Shown in pieces: positions 1 through 13,820 of a stretch of 64,000 nucleotides of DNA (position 1 is the first letter of the stretch; each line of letters opens with the position of its first letter). Under the pieces are notes generated by a model. It saw only the letters and a list, made by a program, of their open reading frames with translations, was not told where the DNA came from and did not search any database. Position numbers and translations under genes: made by a program. The stretch lies in NCBI RefSeq assembly GCF_009914755.1, contig NC_060937.1; one strand, given 5' to 3'. This stretch comes from the human T2T-CHM13v2.0 reference genome, Homo sapiens.

Positions 1-328
1 CTACTGTTACAATCAGCCAAAGACAACCAGGACTTGATTAACAACTGACAGCTTCCCTAATTTTTGTAAGCACTTCCAGTTTAGGACTAACCCAGTGAAA
101 GCCAAATATATGCACCCCTAATCAATGCCATAGCATGCCTGGCTCTGGTTAGCCTGCCTACAGCTTTCCCACACCAACAGCCTCTAATTGAGGCACACCT
201 GAAGCCTTCCTTTTTTTCCCCTACAAAGCTTTCCCAGTCCTCTCCCTGACTTTGAGTGTCAGCAAAACAAAAGTGATGGTGGCTGACTCCCTTGCTATAG
301 CACCATTTCATTGGTCTTTATTTCCACA
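1..328 (+). mobile_element. ERV1-class LTR, 3' part (MER34/MER39-like), truncated by window edge
   Basis: 'aagtgatggtggctgactcccttgctatagca...tttatttccaca' resembles the recalled MER34-family 3' end; ends in CA. Confidence 0.55.
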
Positions 329-924
329 GCTCCCACAGCATTAGTGGGAAGCAACTAATCTACCTGTTGTCCTACCCTGCAAGCACCTATTGACCTCTTG
401 CTGAGGCACAGTGGATGTCTGAGAATTGCTTTTGTCCTCTCTGCCTCTGCTGATGAGGTATCCAAGGCTTGTGTGCCTCACAGTCTATATCCACTTAATA
501 TGGTGGGGACCCCATGGTTCTCATGCAGGCCTACAGCAAAGTTGGCTTCACCTTGGCTCTTTTGGCATGCAGATCTTTGGAATCTTAGAGGAACATTCTA
601 TCCAGTCCCGGCCTAGGCTTGTGAGCTCCAAGTCTCTGCTAGGAGGTCATCTTATCCCTCGCCTCAGTGGCTCTTTGGCAAAACAGTTTGGACCTCAACT
701 GTCAGCTACCTCCCCATAACCCCTGGCAAGTGGGCCTGTCACATTTGTGCTAAAAGGATGTAGAGGTGCTCTCCTGCCTTCCCTCTGCCACACCACCACT
801 TTATTCTGCCTTACCTGTCATGTCAGCTCCGGGGCAGCCTGCTAGCCAGTTTTGAAATAGGAAATGGTAACAGATCCCCTTTACTTCTGTTGCCCCTTTA
901 TACTATCTGGGCTTTTGTTGTGTC

Positions 925-1032
925 TTTCCATTCCTTTCCGTTCCTTTCCCTTTATCCCCCTCCTTTCCCCTTCCCTCCTCTCTCCTTCCCTTTGTTTCTT
1001 GTTTTTTTTTTTTTTTTTTTTTTCCCTTTTTT
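925..1032. repeat. Polypyrimidine low-complexity tract with T22 run
   Basis: CT-rich stretch followed by T run at 1002-1023. Confidence 0.85.
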
Positions 1033-2872
1033 GTATTGCTCTCACTCCTAGAATCAAGTCCAAGGAGATTGAGATGCTACTTTCCTGAGACTCAGGATAT
1101 CCTTCCCTCCCTTGCACAGTTGGTCAAATGAGATCAAACCCTGTGTTCTAGCCTCATTTTCTCCCTTGTGAACTTCTTACCTCTAGGTGGTTCATTTACT
1201 TCTCTTCCTTGGGGCAATAAACCTTATGATAAGAAGTGCATCTGGGGGATCACCAGCTCTACTCACCTTGACATATAGAAAGTCTGGGAAAATTTCTTGT
1301 TTTACAGACTTCCAATTAGTGGGTCAACTGTGGAAGCTGAATCGTGTTCCTTATCACTCTTCATTGTCAAAGCTCACAACAACACTATGGAAACTGCTTC
1401 ACGGTTAACATATGCCACCAATAAAATCTATAAATAAGTGTTTGGGAAACAATGTTTCTATGACAATGTAGTATTTGCCAGAGCAATAATTATGGTAGCA
1501 CAAATGTGTTAACGGTTGGTTAGAGAAATTACTAAGTGGGTTGCAGTTCCTCCCTATCTTTTCTTTGCCAAAATCCATTGCTCAGAATACATGTTTTTTG
1601 CAGATGAGTTTACCATCAGCACTTTAATCATTTATTGTTTGCTGCGAGCATATAAAAGGCAGAGGGAGTGAATTTTGTTAGGTTTTGTGTGACAGGAAGA
1701 AGTTGACTTTGGAAATGTAAAACAGGAGGCTTTTCCAAGCATAAGGTGGGTGTGGGAAAAGAGAAAAGGAGATAGAGATACAAAGTAAATAAAGAAACCA
1801 AGAGAAGTGACTGCAAGTGAAAAGTCACAGAAAAGGAAACCACTGCGTAATTGGGAGTACAAAAGGAAGGAGGTAGGAGGTAGTATGAAGGAGTGGTATT
1901 AAATAAGAAAAGGCAAAGAGGGATGACAAAGTAGAATAGGACAGAGAGAGATGATCCTGTGAGATTCATTCACTTAGTCATTAGATGAATGTTATGAATT
2001 AGAAAATGTTGAGAGGTTAATATCCTTAGAGGAAGAAACCAAGGCTCAGAAGGTCTTGACTTCAAACCAGAGTGTTCTAATTCTGAGGTCAGTGTTCTTT
2101 CTATTATACTGATGCTACTATACTCACAAGAGGCATCGATTTATCATTTTTTCTTGTACATTTTTGTATTTCCTGAATTAAAACCATATTTGAAAAGAAA
2201 CAGATATATGGAGTTCTCAGTGCTGAAGAGATGAAAACAACTATTAAACTTGATTGGAAGGGAATCATTAGTCAGAATAATGTTCCGCATTGAGCAGTGG
2301 AAGTGCTGGAAAGAGGGTCAGGATATGTGAAGGGCATCTTTGAATGAGTAAACATGGACTGTCAGACAGCTAGGCACTCTCCAGGGACTTGCTTGTTGTC
2401 TGGTTGTTTTCTTCCCCTTTGATTCATCTGTAGATATGCAAGGTTTTTGAAGGAAATTATTATTGGCTCCATATTTTGGTTTATTATTGTGTCTTTTCTC
2501 AACCATAATGTGGGGAGTGACTTATTAGATCACCAAGCTAACATTCAGTATTTTTATGAGCTAAACTCTTGACAAAATATTTTCTGAACAAATTATGGTC
2601 ATTTTTTAAAGTTGATAAAAGTAAAATTTCCTCCCAAAGAAATGATTTTCAACCTTAATGCAGTGCATCAACCTGACAAATTAACAAAACACATCAAATA
2701 GCACAAAATTGGAGATTTAGAAGCACTGATTAGATCTTCACAGCAAATTTGGTGATTTTTTAATTTAGCAATTCAATATATTATGTAATCTGCAAATGAC
2801 CTTAATTTAGGGTTCAAACGAAAATAAACTGTTCTTTTGAACTTCCTTAAATAATTTTTAAAAGTTGTTCAG

Positions 2873-3216
<344 letters not shown>

Positions 3217-4319
3217 TTAATTTCCCCCATGCCTGAATCATCATTTTTATAAACAGATGTTGTCTTCCCATTTCATGTTATTTGTTTGTCATTTCTTATT
3301 GTCTATGATAGCTCCATGCTGGTGAGAGGCAAGCTCAACTCTTTTGAATCAAAGCTGGTCTTATACACAGTGGTTTTCTTACATACATGAGCACTTAGGA
3401 ATTATTGAACAATTATGATTATGGGTAATCATAAAAATATGTAATTTGTGTATCCTCACATTCTATGTTTTGTTGTCAATGTCTGTGTAACATTAGGATA
3501 AGTCAGCATGACGTTACAGAAATTCTATTCTCCAAGACGCAAAATTTTCTTCATGCATTGCATATTTATTATCTTCTATATATTTAGTATTGTGTACAGT
3601 GCAGTTGGGGGTCCATGGGGTATTATTAGTAATTGCTTAGGGTAGATTTAGTCTCATTTAGGAGGAACATAAAATACAAATGGAAGCAAAGAGCTAATGG
3701 TTTGAGCCGATGCATACGCAAATGTCAAATCATGTGATGCAGACAATACGTGCCAAGTTGATAACAGGAAGCGGAGCACAGATTGAATTCAAGTAATTTA
3801 TGGAGATTACTTGGAAAAAGCACATGCTGAAGAATGCTGAGCAGTGAGCCTAGGACATAGTAATGGGCTTGGTAAATATTAGTTGAATGAGTAAATGAAG
3901 TACAAATGGGGAGAATGGGTGGGAAAGGCATGAGTAGCCCAAGCAAGGGATGCTTTCATCAGGCTTTTGATACTGACTGGATGAAAACATGGATTTCCAC
4001 TTCCCTGGGGCCTTTATTTTCCCAAATGATTACTCTGCTTTCTTACCTGATTTCCAATAAATTTACAAACTCCCACTCGCTGCTCAAGAGGCTTCCAAGG
4101 ATTCCCATGTGCATAGTGGTTTACCTTTTCGTAATCACTTCCATATGCATTCTCTTCACTTCACGGGGACTGAACTTACGAAAAGCTATGATTATCCAGC
4201 TCTACCAATAAGGGAATGGGAGCTCAGAGATATAAAAGGAGTCAGGTGGAAAGTGCATGCAGCGACTATGTCCATATCAGTTTTCAATGGGAAGTAACTG
4301 AAAAAAAAGTCTCTGTAGA

Positions 4320-4510
4320 GACAGAAGTTTTATAAGCACTGCATACTCTCTCTCACCTTTCTAGGTTTATAAAGCACGTTGCCATGTTACAGCCTCTGAG
4401 AAGCTTATATTATAAAGAAACCTATTAACGTTTGTTTAATGCAGCATTTCCCTTAATTTATGGTTGGGAATCTTTTCATCCCATCACCAATTATCAATGT
4501 TTCCCAGAAG
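4320..4510. mobile_element. hAT-Charlie DNA transposon fragment (Charlie4z-like)
   Basis: 'cactgcatact...ctctgagaag...taaagaaacctattaacgtttgtttaatgcagcatttccc' resembles the recalled consensus. Confidence 0.45.
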
Positions 4511-4673
4511 ATCTGAGCATATATTTCAACTTTCTTTAACCCTGAGCATGGCTCTAGAATCGCTTCAAAGCCTTGCCTTCACCCTTCTCTTCTACCATTT
4601 AAAAAAAATTATGCTGCTACCTTAAAAACATCCCCTCCCCCATGTGCTAATTTGTCTGACTCCTTTTCCGGGG

Positions 4674-5394
4674 TATTATGGATTGAACTATGTTCCCCCT
4701 CCAAGTTCATATGTTAAAGTCCTACTCCCCAGCACTTCAGAATGTGGCCTTATTTGAAAGCAGGGTCATTTCAGATGTAATCAGTTACATTAAGACTAGG
4801 TCTTATTGCAGTAGAGTGGACCCTTAATTGGATATGACTGATGTCCTTAGAAAAAGGGGAAATTTGGATATAGATGTTCACATGGGAAGAATGCCATGCA
4901 GAGGCGGAGGCAGATATAGGAGTGATGCGTCTAAAAGCTGTGAACCCTGAAAATTCCAGAAAGGCGGAGACAGCTCAAAGCAAGGACCCCCACTAGGGGC
5001 TTTCAGGTCACATATAGGTGAGAGACAGATGGTTGCATTCTTCTGGTTTGGGATAAGTCTTTTCAAAGAAGGCAATCAGAATATGCATCTAGCTCTGTGA
5101 GTTCAAGGGATGACTTGAATAGAATGGGAGGCAGATTTGCCCTGAGTGGGTCCCAGCTTGAAAGGGCCCAAGATATTTTCCTTTTACAAAGCCAATGCCA
5201 AAGATTGCCAGTACACTCCTAGAACTAGGAGAGAAGCATGGGACAGATTCTCAGTCATAACCCTGAGAATGAACCAACCCTGACCACACCTTGATCTCAG
5301 ACTTCCAGCATCCAGAACTGTGAGACAATGAATAGTTGTACAAGCTGCCCTGCTGGAGGTACTTTGTTACAACAGGTCCAGGAAAGTGTACACA
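4674..5394 (+). mobile_element. MaLR LTR (MLT1B/C-like), interrupted by a MER4A LTR
   Basis: Starts 'tattatggattgaactatgttcccc'; contains 'ccttgatctcagacttccagcatccagaactgtgagacaat'; resumes in register after the insert. Confidence 0.85.
4939..5188 (-). mobile_element. MER4A-like ERV1 solo LTR, internally shortened
   Basis: TG...CA ends; reverse complement begins 'tgtaaaaggaaaatatcttgggccc'; 4-bp TSD AAGC at 4935-4938 and 5189-5192. Confidence 0.85.
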
Positions 5395-5459
5395 GGGAAT
5401 ATCCTATACTCTTTTCTAGAGGATGCATCTCTCTTTCCTTTCCATTCCTCCACTTGCAA

Positions 5460-5712
5460 CTTTTGGATTCTTCAGGACTCAAAACACACGTCACCTCTCC
5501 CATGATGTTTCCCTTGACCTTCCCTGATAAAGTAATTGCCCCCTTTTACTCCTTATTCCCCCATTGGTTTGTACTTTATTTCCCCATCAGTTTGTAAACC
5601 CCTTGGAAATAGTCTTATTCCTCTTTGTACTCATGGCCATTAGCAGAACCATGGACATCCTTAGTTAGGTGCCCAACAAATGTGCATTGGAATGAACAAG
5701 TGAATGATGAAT
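5460..5712 (+). mobile_element. L2 3' end
   Basis: 'gtttgtaaaccccttgg...ggtgcccaacaaatgtgcattggaatgaacaagtgaatga' L2 tail. Confidence 0.6.
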
Positions 5713-6404
5713 AAGTCCCTGGTGTTTTTGCTCCTGACTTATTAGGTGTCCCAGAGCAGTGGAGTGGTGGTCATGCTGGCCCTCTGAGATGGCACAAATA
5801 GCTTTCTATAGAGTAAGTCCAAGGGGAGGATAAAGTGGTCATTAGCATCTCTCGACAACCCTTTGCTGGAGGCTGAAATGAGATCAGCATGTTATGAGCA
5901 CGTTGTGATGTCTTACTGCACATGCTCTTAGATGAAAGCACTCAGGCTCCCAGCATCCAGTTTTAATTTTGTATTGATGCCTGAGGGAGTGGAACTGGAT
6001 ATTGTAAGGCAAATGCATCCTGGTTTTAATCGGAACATTCAGTACTCTTAATACCTGCCATGGCTTTAATGTGAGATGTAGGAATTTTTAATTAGCATCT
6101 TTATTATGGATTTATTTCTTTCTCTCCAAAATGGGAAAAGAAGTGTTGATTTCATAATTATATTGAAAGGGAAATTATCAAACTCTCTTTTATGCAGTAT
6201 TTGTGAGTTTAAGAGCAGAAACTGTGACTATATCAGAAATAGAGTTCCGGTTAGAAGGCTTAAGACTTACGTATAATTGTTTCTTGTTATTTTACTCTGG
6301 TGTTCATGTCTATTTTGCTTTTGAGAAGTGTATTTTGTCAGGTGTATATAGTGGAGTTACAAACTGAAGCACCCATTTTGTTTTAAGATACTGCATTTTA
6401 CACC

Positions 6405-6513
6405 CAGGATACCTGCTTGTCTTGGTTTGCCCAGTATGTCTCCTTTTAGCAGCGGACATACTGCATCTCAGGACATCCCAGGAAATCCTTAGCCCTAGGG
6501 GGTCCTTCACCCT
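6405..6513. mobile_element. hAT-Blackjack MITE (MER81/MER94-like)
   Basis: 'cttggtttgcccagtatgtctccttttagca...catcccaggaaatcct...tcaccct'. Confidence 0.45.
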
Positions 6514-6941
6514 CTTTGCACCCCAAATTCCGAAATCTGTGATTTTTGTACTTTGATGATATCACAGCTTTTACCAAAAAATATTTTTGAATACTTATAT
6601 TGTGCTAGGTACCATGAGACACAGAGAGATAAAATGTAGACCTTACCTTTTGGCTTCAAATCTAATGAGCATAACATACAGCCAAATATGCTGAAAGTCT
6701 CAAGAGAGTGTAGCGTGTAATTAATTGGGCTTAGAAGGGAGTAGCTCTCTGATTGCTGAACAGGGCAGGAAGTAGCATTTGAAATTGACCTCGCAGGATA
6801 TGTGAACTTTAGAAAAACAAATATTTACAGTGGGGAAGAAAATAGAATGAAATATTTCATAGGTTATCATAATTTGTAATCAATTTATTTATTTAGTGCC
6901 TGACATCACCAGATTATAAACGCCTTCAGAGGTTCACATAG

Positions 6942-7245
<304 letters not shown>

Positions 7246-7277
7246 TGGGTAAAATGCCTTGTCTTACTATCTTGCAC

Positions 7278-7321
7278 GTGTGTGTGTGTGTGTGTGTGTG
7301 TATGTAAGTGTGTGTGTGTAT
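7278..7321. repeat. Imperfect (GT)n microsatellite
   Basis: Direct reading. Confidence 0.9.
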
Positions 7322-7329
7322 GTCTTCTT

Positions 7330-7852
7330 TTTCAAAAATTTAAATTGTGGTAAAATACACATAACGTAAAATTTATTATCTTAACCATTTTCAAATATAA
7401 AGTTCAGTAGCATTAAGTACATTCACATGGTTGTGCAAACATCATTACTATCTATCTCCAGAACATTTTTCATTTTGCAAAACTGAAACTCCGTGCCTAT
7501 TAAATAGGAACTCCCTCATTCTGCTTTGTGTCTCTATGAATTTGGCTACTCTAGGTACCTCATATAAGTAAAATCAAACAATATTTGCTATTTTGTGCTC
7601 AACTTATTTCACTTAACATAATGTTGTTAAGGCTCATCTATGTTATAGCATGTGCCACAATCTCCTTCCTTTTGGAAGGCTGATTAATATTTCACTCTAG
7701 GCATAAACCATATTTTGCTTATCCTTTCATCTGTTGATGGACACGAGTTGTTTCCACCTTTTGGCTGTTGTTAATAATGCTGTTAGGAACATGGACATGC
7801 AAATCTCTTTTTAAGACCTTGCTTTCAATTCTTTTGGCTATATACACAGAAT
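7330..7852 (-). mobile_element. L1MB-type 3' end
   Basis: 'aattgtggtaaaatacacataacgtaaaattt...agttcagtagcattaagtacattcacat...ctctaggtacctcatataag'. Confidence 0.85.
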
Positions 7853-8764
7853 ATAAATTTGTATTATCAATCTTACAATAAGTAAGATTATAATACAGTG
7901 TGTGCCAGTGTTTGAGGTATTATCGATGGGCCACTCCTCAATATTCTTCCTTGCAGTGCTGGGGCTGGGATTCTGCAAACTGACTTGTTATTGTGCTTTC
8001 ACTATTATTATCAATATTATTATTGTTTTTATCCAAATATAACAGAGTTCTCTTAAATTAGGCAGGGTTTATATGCTTACAAATGTGCTCACTCCCTGAC
8101 ATTAGAAAGGGATCCTAACAAGAACTTTTTCCTGAACTACATTCTGCTAAACAAAAATGGAAACATTGAGCGGGATGTTTCTGAGCACTAAGAACATCTG
8201 CAGCGTTAAACACATGTCAGAGGCACACCCTTCAGCATTATTTCATGAATGAAGTGCAAGGAAAAATCTCACCTAGTGCAGTAATGGGTACAGAGTTCGT
8301 AACTGTCAATGGAATACTCTAAGCACAATGACAACTTTTATCATCTAGCTTTACATGGAGTAGGCACTTTTATTATGTGTTTATATATATCATTGCTGTG
8401 TGTTTCAACTGAATATATATTATTCCCATTTCACAGAAGGTAAATGAAGCTTAAAGAGGACTCAACTTTGTACATACAAAACCAGAGCCATTCAGTAGTC
8501 ACATCCTGAGGCCTTTTTGTTTTCATCTCTGATACCAAAGCAGCACATGTAACATCAAAGAAATTGTTCAAATATTAAAGTTTTCTAAATGACTGAATTG
8601 TAAATATAGGCTTTTGTAAAAATCACAAAATTATGGAGTAAATTTTATAAATATATACATATATGAAATTTATAATATACATACATATCATATATATAAC
8701 AAGATTATGTGTGTGTGATAGGGGCGTGTGTGGGTGTAAGTTTTTTACTCTGATAGGGTCCTGG

Positions 8765-8938
8765 ACTTGGCTGTGTGATCTTAAACAGAACAGTTCCCTG
8801 CAAGTGAGTTGCCTCGTCTGTAAGATGGGAATAATAATATCAGCCTCATTGGGGTGTTGTGATGATTAACTGAATTAATCCTTGGAAAGTTCTCGACACA
8901 GTGCCTGGCACATCATCAATATTCAACAAATGCTAGTT
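8765..8938 (+). mobile_element. MIR
   Basis: MIR core 'cctcgtctgtaagatgggaataataata...gtgcctggcacat'. Confidence 0.8.
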
Positions 8939-9483
8939 CTCTCTCCCTCACTTCAGACCCTCAGAGTATAAAGCAAAATGGGATAATGCACGTGACTGGG
9001 AGCCATAGCTGCAAAGATCTATACAAATCTAACATGTTCTTATTACAAAGCTGTATTAGTCGTAAAGTCAGAAATCTAAGAAGTTAATTATTCTGAGAAT
9101 CATGAGGTGTAACTTTCAATTATTAAGGATGATGAGGAAAAGCTTTGAATGGATAATCCGAAACAAAGGACCATTGATTTAAGCAAATTAGATTGCATTG
9201 TATGAATATGTTATTATCTATTTCAACTCTGATAACCATCAATTAACACATAGTTGTTTTCAGAGAGGAGACAACAGAGAACAGTGAGCGGAGAGAAAAA
9301 GTCTCCTTAACCCAGAGTTCCTTGTCTTTCACCAGTGGGGACTTCCATGACTTGGCTAGACTGAGGGGTCTGGGGTGTGACTTGGCTGTTTCTGCTCTCT
9401 GTGGGCTTCCTGGGTAAGGGTGTTCAGCTTAACTCACATCCAACCACAGGTCAGTTTTCACAAAGTGTTTCAATCAAACATGA

Positions 9484-10005
9484 TGTGCTGGCCTGTTTGC
9501 TTTCATCAGCTCCATTATGTTCCTTTCCCTGCTTTTGCCTTGTATCCTAGGAAACTACCTTTCCTAGGCTCCCTTAAGACTGGCTTCCTGGTAGTTTTGG
9601 CCAATGGGAGGCATTGGCAGAAGGCTGCAAGGCTGGAAGAGGGAAAAATAGGGTAGGTTTTTCCATCTTGCTCAGCTTTGGAGCCATCTGCAGATCTGGC
9701 AGCAGCTGCATCTTCCTCATGGCTCTAACACTGGTCAGTAGTACCTCTCCCTGAGGTTCTAACACCTACCATGTGCCACCCTCTCCCACAGTTTTGTTTC
9801 CTGCTCTTGGGCTCTGGGAATGAAGGCTACCCCATCCTCTTGCCACTCCACCCTTAGATTCATGGTGGTGACTGGATGCTGCTATTCCAAGTTTTATTTT
9901 TTGCCATCTCAACTCATCACCTTTGTAACCCATTTCTTTTATTCAATTCTGTTTGTGGAAGGACTTGGAGAGGATTTTGTTATCTGACTGGACCTGTGAA
10001 ATGCA
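9484..10005 (+). mobile_element. ERVL LTR (LTR33-like)
   Basis: 'ggctcccttaagactggcttcctggtagttttggccaatgggaggcattggcagaag...ggcagcagctgcatcttcctcatggctc'. Confidence 0.65.
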
Positions 10006-10724
10006 TATGAGGGGATCACTCCCCACCTTAGGTTGGCGGGAAGTGGCTCTGTTGGCATTAGCATCTCTGTCCCAGAGCAGCGCCCACCGTGCCTTCTCCC
10101 CTTCACGTTCCACAGTAGCCCGTTCTCATCCTAGCTGTAGGGAGACATCATGTCCCTTCCTTCTGGGTGGATATTGAGCAAATACATCCTTTTATTTCTA
10201 AAAATCATGAACAGGGGGCCCTGCTACACGAGCAGCAGAAGGCTGAGTATTAATAACAGAATTTAGTGAAGTAATCAAATTAAACTTACAGCAAAATGAA
10301 TCTGTTATGTATTAATGATATGCAGAATCGTTTCTGTCCTACGCTGGGGGATAGGACTGCTTAGAATTAGCGGCTAGCTGACTGACACTATTTTTATTTA
10401 CTTTTGCAGAACCTAATCAATATTTTCTAGGGTTTCTTGTTGCTGTTGTTGTTGTTGTAAATCTCTGTTGGTTTTCTGGCCTTTGTAGACAACATTAATG
10501 TTAATCTTCTTTCTTCAATTCACGGCTTATTTTCCTTTTTATTACAGACACACACTAGTCACGTGTAAGCTTCTGGTGCTGACCACCCACCTGTACCTAC
10601 TCCTTCTCCCCCATCCTTAAATACAAAATGAAAGGCCCTTGGACACAGAGCAGCAGCCACCACAGCAGTAGTGCCAATGTCTCTGCGGGGCTTAAACAAA
10701 GCCACATCCAAGGTTATCCATGTC

Positions 10725-10893
10725 ATGAGCATTATCTCATTGAATCTTCATAACAGCCCTGAGAGGCAGATAACATTGCTATTTCCATTTTAAACCGAGT
10801 CACTGAGAGGTTAAGTACTTTATCCATAGTCACGTACTCTGTAAATGGGAAAAGTTGTCCAACTTTGTCTGACTCCAGTAAAAGATGTTCTTA
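10725..10893 (-). mobile_element. MIR
   Basis: 'attatctcattgaatcttcataacagccctgagaggcag...ctgagaggttaagtact...gtctgactccag'. Confidence 0.75.
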
Positions 10894-11660
10894 ATTTCTA
10901 GAGGGAAAATGGCATCAAAGCAGTTAAAATGTGACAACTGTAGATAAAAGATAACTTCCAGATGAAATGAAACAACTCTTTTCCTTTCATTATCTCTGCC
11001 CAGACTCCTCCCCAGGTCTTACCCTCCCAGGTGATCCAACGGTTATGGCATGACTTAGCACCTGAAGTCTGATCGCTAGCATCCATCTTTATATGCAATT
11101 TCTTTCTCCAGTGAAATAGAGGCTGCATAGTAATATACTTTGGGGTGAAAGGCAGTTCTTCATGAGCCGTATCCAATTCCACATCTCTTGGTGGCCTAGA
11201 GAACTATATTTTGGACTCTTTCTCCCCTTGTCTTTTTCAGAAGCAGTCTACCAGGGAGTGGGGGCGCTGTCAGCAGACCCACGCTGTTCAGCTATTCTCA
11301 GAATCCATTATTGAAGGCAGTCTGTTTCCTCCCTCCTATTCAGAGACTTGCCTGTTAGTTCTAAAGAGACGGTGGAGGGCTATGAGTCCCTTGAATTACT
11401 TGTTTCTGAGTGAACATGGTTCAGGGAATACTCACGGCACCTTATCTAAATACCTTTTACAAGAGACAGCATGAACAAAACCCTACTAATTCGAGTCCTC
11501 AGGTGCTTTAGTCCTGCTTGCCAAAAGGTAGATTCAAAGGACACCATCCTCCAGTGCCTGTAAAGATATTTCTTAGTACCTGGATTTCAACTCCTTTTTT
11601 TCATAAAGGCTTTTTCCCTAGCTAAAAGAATTTTCTTTATTGATTTGTCTTTCTCTCAGC

Positions 11661-11974
11661 TTTTATTTTATTTATTTTTATTTTTATTTCTTTATGTTTT
11701 TTTGAGATGGAGTTTTGCTGTTGTTGCCCAGGCTGGAGTGCAATGGTATGATCTTGGCTCACTGCAACCTCCACCTCCTGGGTTCAAGAGATGCTCCTGC
11801 TTCACTTCCCAAGTAGCTGGGATTACAGGCATGCCTCGCTAATTTTGTATTTTTAGTAGAGACAGGGTTTCACCATGTTTGTGAGGCTGGTCTCGAACCC
11901 TTGACATCAGGTGATCCACCCGCCTCAGCCTCCCAAAGTGCTGGGATTACAGGCATAAGCCACTGTGCCTGGCC
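11661..11974 (-). mobile_element. AluSq/Sp-like with decayed (TTTA)n tail
   Basis: Full antisense Alu; 'gttttgctgttgttgcccagg...caatgg' Sq/Sp-type positions. Confidence 0.95.
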
Positions 11975-13419
11975 CTCTCTAAGATTTTTTTCTAATGTTT
12001 TCCGCAACATCCTAAAATATAAATGTGATTTAAAAAATTCTGTTCTCTAAGATTATAGTTATCTTTCCTCTCTAGTCCATCAATAAACTGAGGTTAAAAA
12101 AAATTTGCAAAACTATATTTTAAAAGTCAGTTAGTGAGGTGGTTCTTCTTGAAATACATTTTTTCCTATTCTAACTTTAAATTGGGGAATTTATATTTTT
12201 AGATCCTAGCTAAATTCTTTTTTTTTTTTTCACTCTTCAAACCTTACATTTGTACGATTCAGGGTGGAAGATGTCTCTCCAAGAGATGTAAAAGTTTCTG
12301 TTGAAAACCATAATGGGACTGTAAACCGTCTTGCCTAGAGAGGAGAGAGGTAAGGCAGAGAGATTTATCCCCCTTTTTCTTCCCCCCTCCTTCATTTTTG
12401 CCTCTGTCTTGTTTCTTTTCCATATCTATTCCCTTCCTCTTTTCACCTGATCACATTTTTCAAGAACATTATTAATAAAAACATTTTAAAAAGGACTGAC
12501 ATATAGCATCAAATCTGTCAACAATGATTATTATATTATACGTCTTCAAATATGATTTCACAATGTAATTGTAAGACTGGGTGAATCAAAACTAGTCTCT
12601 TGTTCGAACAAATAAAAAAGAAGCTCAATCATCAACACAGGTCAAACCTTAACAGTTTAAGCCACTACTTTGTAACTCATAGAAAAGCCCTGTAAAACAT
12701 GAATGTAAAACTCAGTTTAAGACAAATGAGTCCCTATCAAGTATCAAGCATTCCTCTGTGTTTCAAAATCTACTGTGTCTTATGAAAAACTGAATCTCCT
12801 TGGGGTCATTACCATCCATTTTCCTCTGAAGAACATTCTTTTCTGTTTTATTTGGTTAATAAATGTACACTTCCTCACCAGAGAAAAAGAGAAAAGGTTC
12901 ATAAGAACTAATCGACCCCCAAGTAGTTGGAGTCCATTTCTAGAGCTTAATCACCTACTTCAAATATGGAAATGGGAGTCTACTTACTTAGAATTTTCAC
13001 TCACCCCTTTTATAGACTTGGCAGGTAGAATAGGTCTCATTTCTGGTTCTGTGGCCCCTATCCAGACTCCTCTATGCAATATCTTTCACCAACAGAACCA
13101 ACAGGCCAATGAGGCTTTGCTACAAAAGTCACACCAGGTCCAGAATAAAGCTTATGTGAACTGGGACTAACTTAGATATGGGCAGCATTGTTTGACATGC
13201 AACCTTCACCTTTGGGGATGCCCTCTTTCTCCACAGTACACAAACCTAGAGTATTCATCGCTAGGTCTTATCTTCTCTGGTTTTAGCTTTTCTAGGTAAT
13301 ACCTAAATGCATTTGACTTATGGACCGTGCCCCACCACCCTTCTAGGGAATCTCCGACGTAAATTGTGTCTGCAGCTTAACAACGATTAATGACTTTCCA
13401 CTTATAAGTAACAGTTTTA

Positions 13420-13820
13420 TTTTGATTCATTTTAACAAATATATATTGGCACTTAACATGTACCAGGCACTGTGTTGGGTTTGATTATGTAGTTGTAACC
13501 AGGTTAATCATCAGCTGTCCTGACTCAGAGGAGAGTTTGAAGTCAAGGCTACTCATAAAACATGAAGTACACAGTAGGTAGATAGAGCTTTGATAAGGGA
13601 GATTGGCCAGAGTACATAACTAGTGGAGCCAGATTTTGGAGTTAGTATCTTCTGAAACCTGAAGAGCAAGTAGAAATTAGTCAAGCATCAGAGGGCTTTA
13701 AGAATGGGGCACTCTCCATTGTGAGTAAATGAAAAGGAACGGAGCATGTGGAAGGAGCTAAGAGGCTGCAATGCAACTGCAAAGCAGAATGAGAAGGGTG
13801 GAGTGGTGAACACAGAGGCA
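13420..13820 (-). mobile_element. L2 fragment
   Basis: 'ttcattttaacaaatatatattggcacttaacatgtaccaggcactgtgttggg'. Confidence 0.6.
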
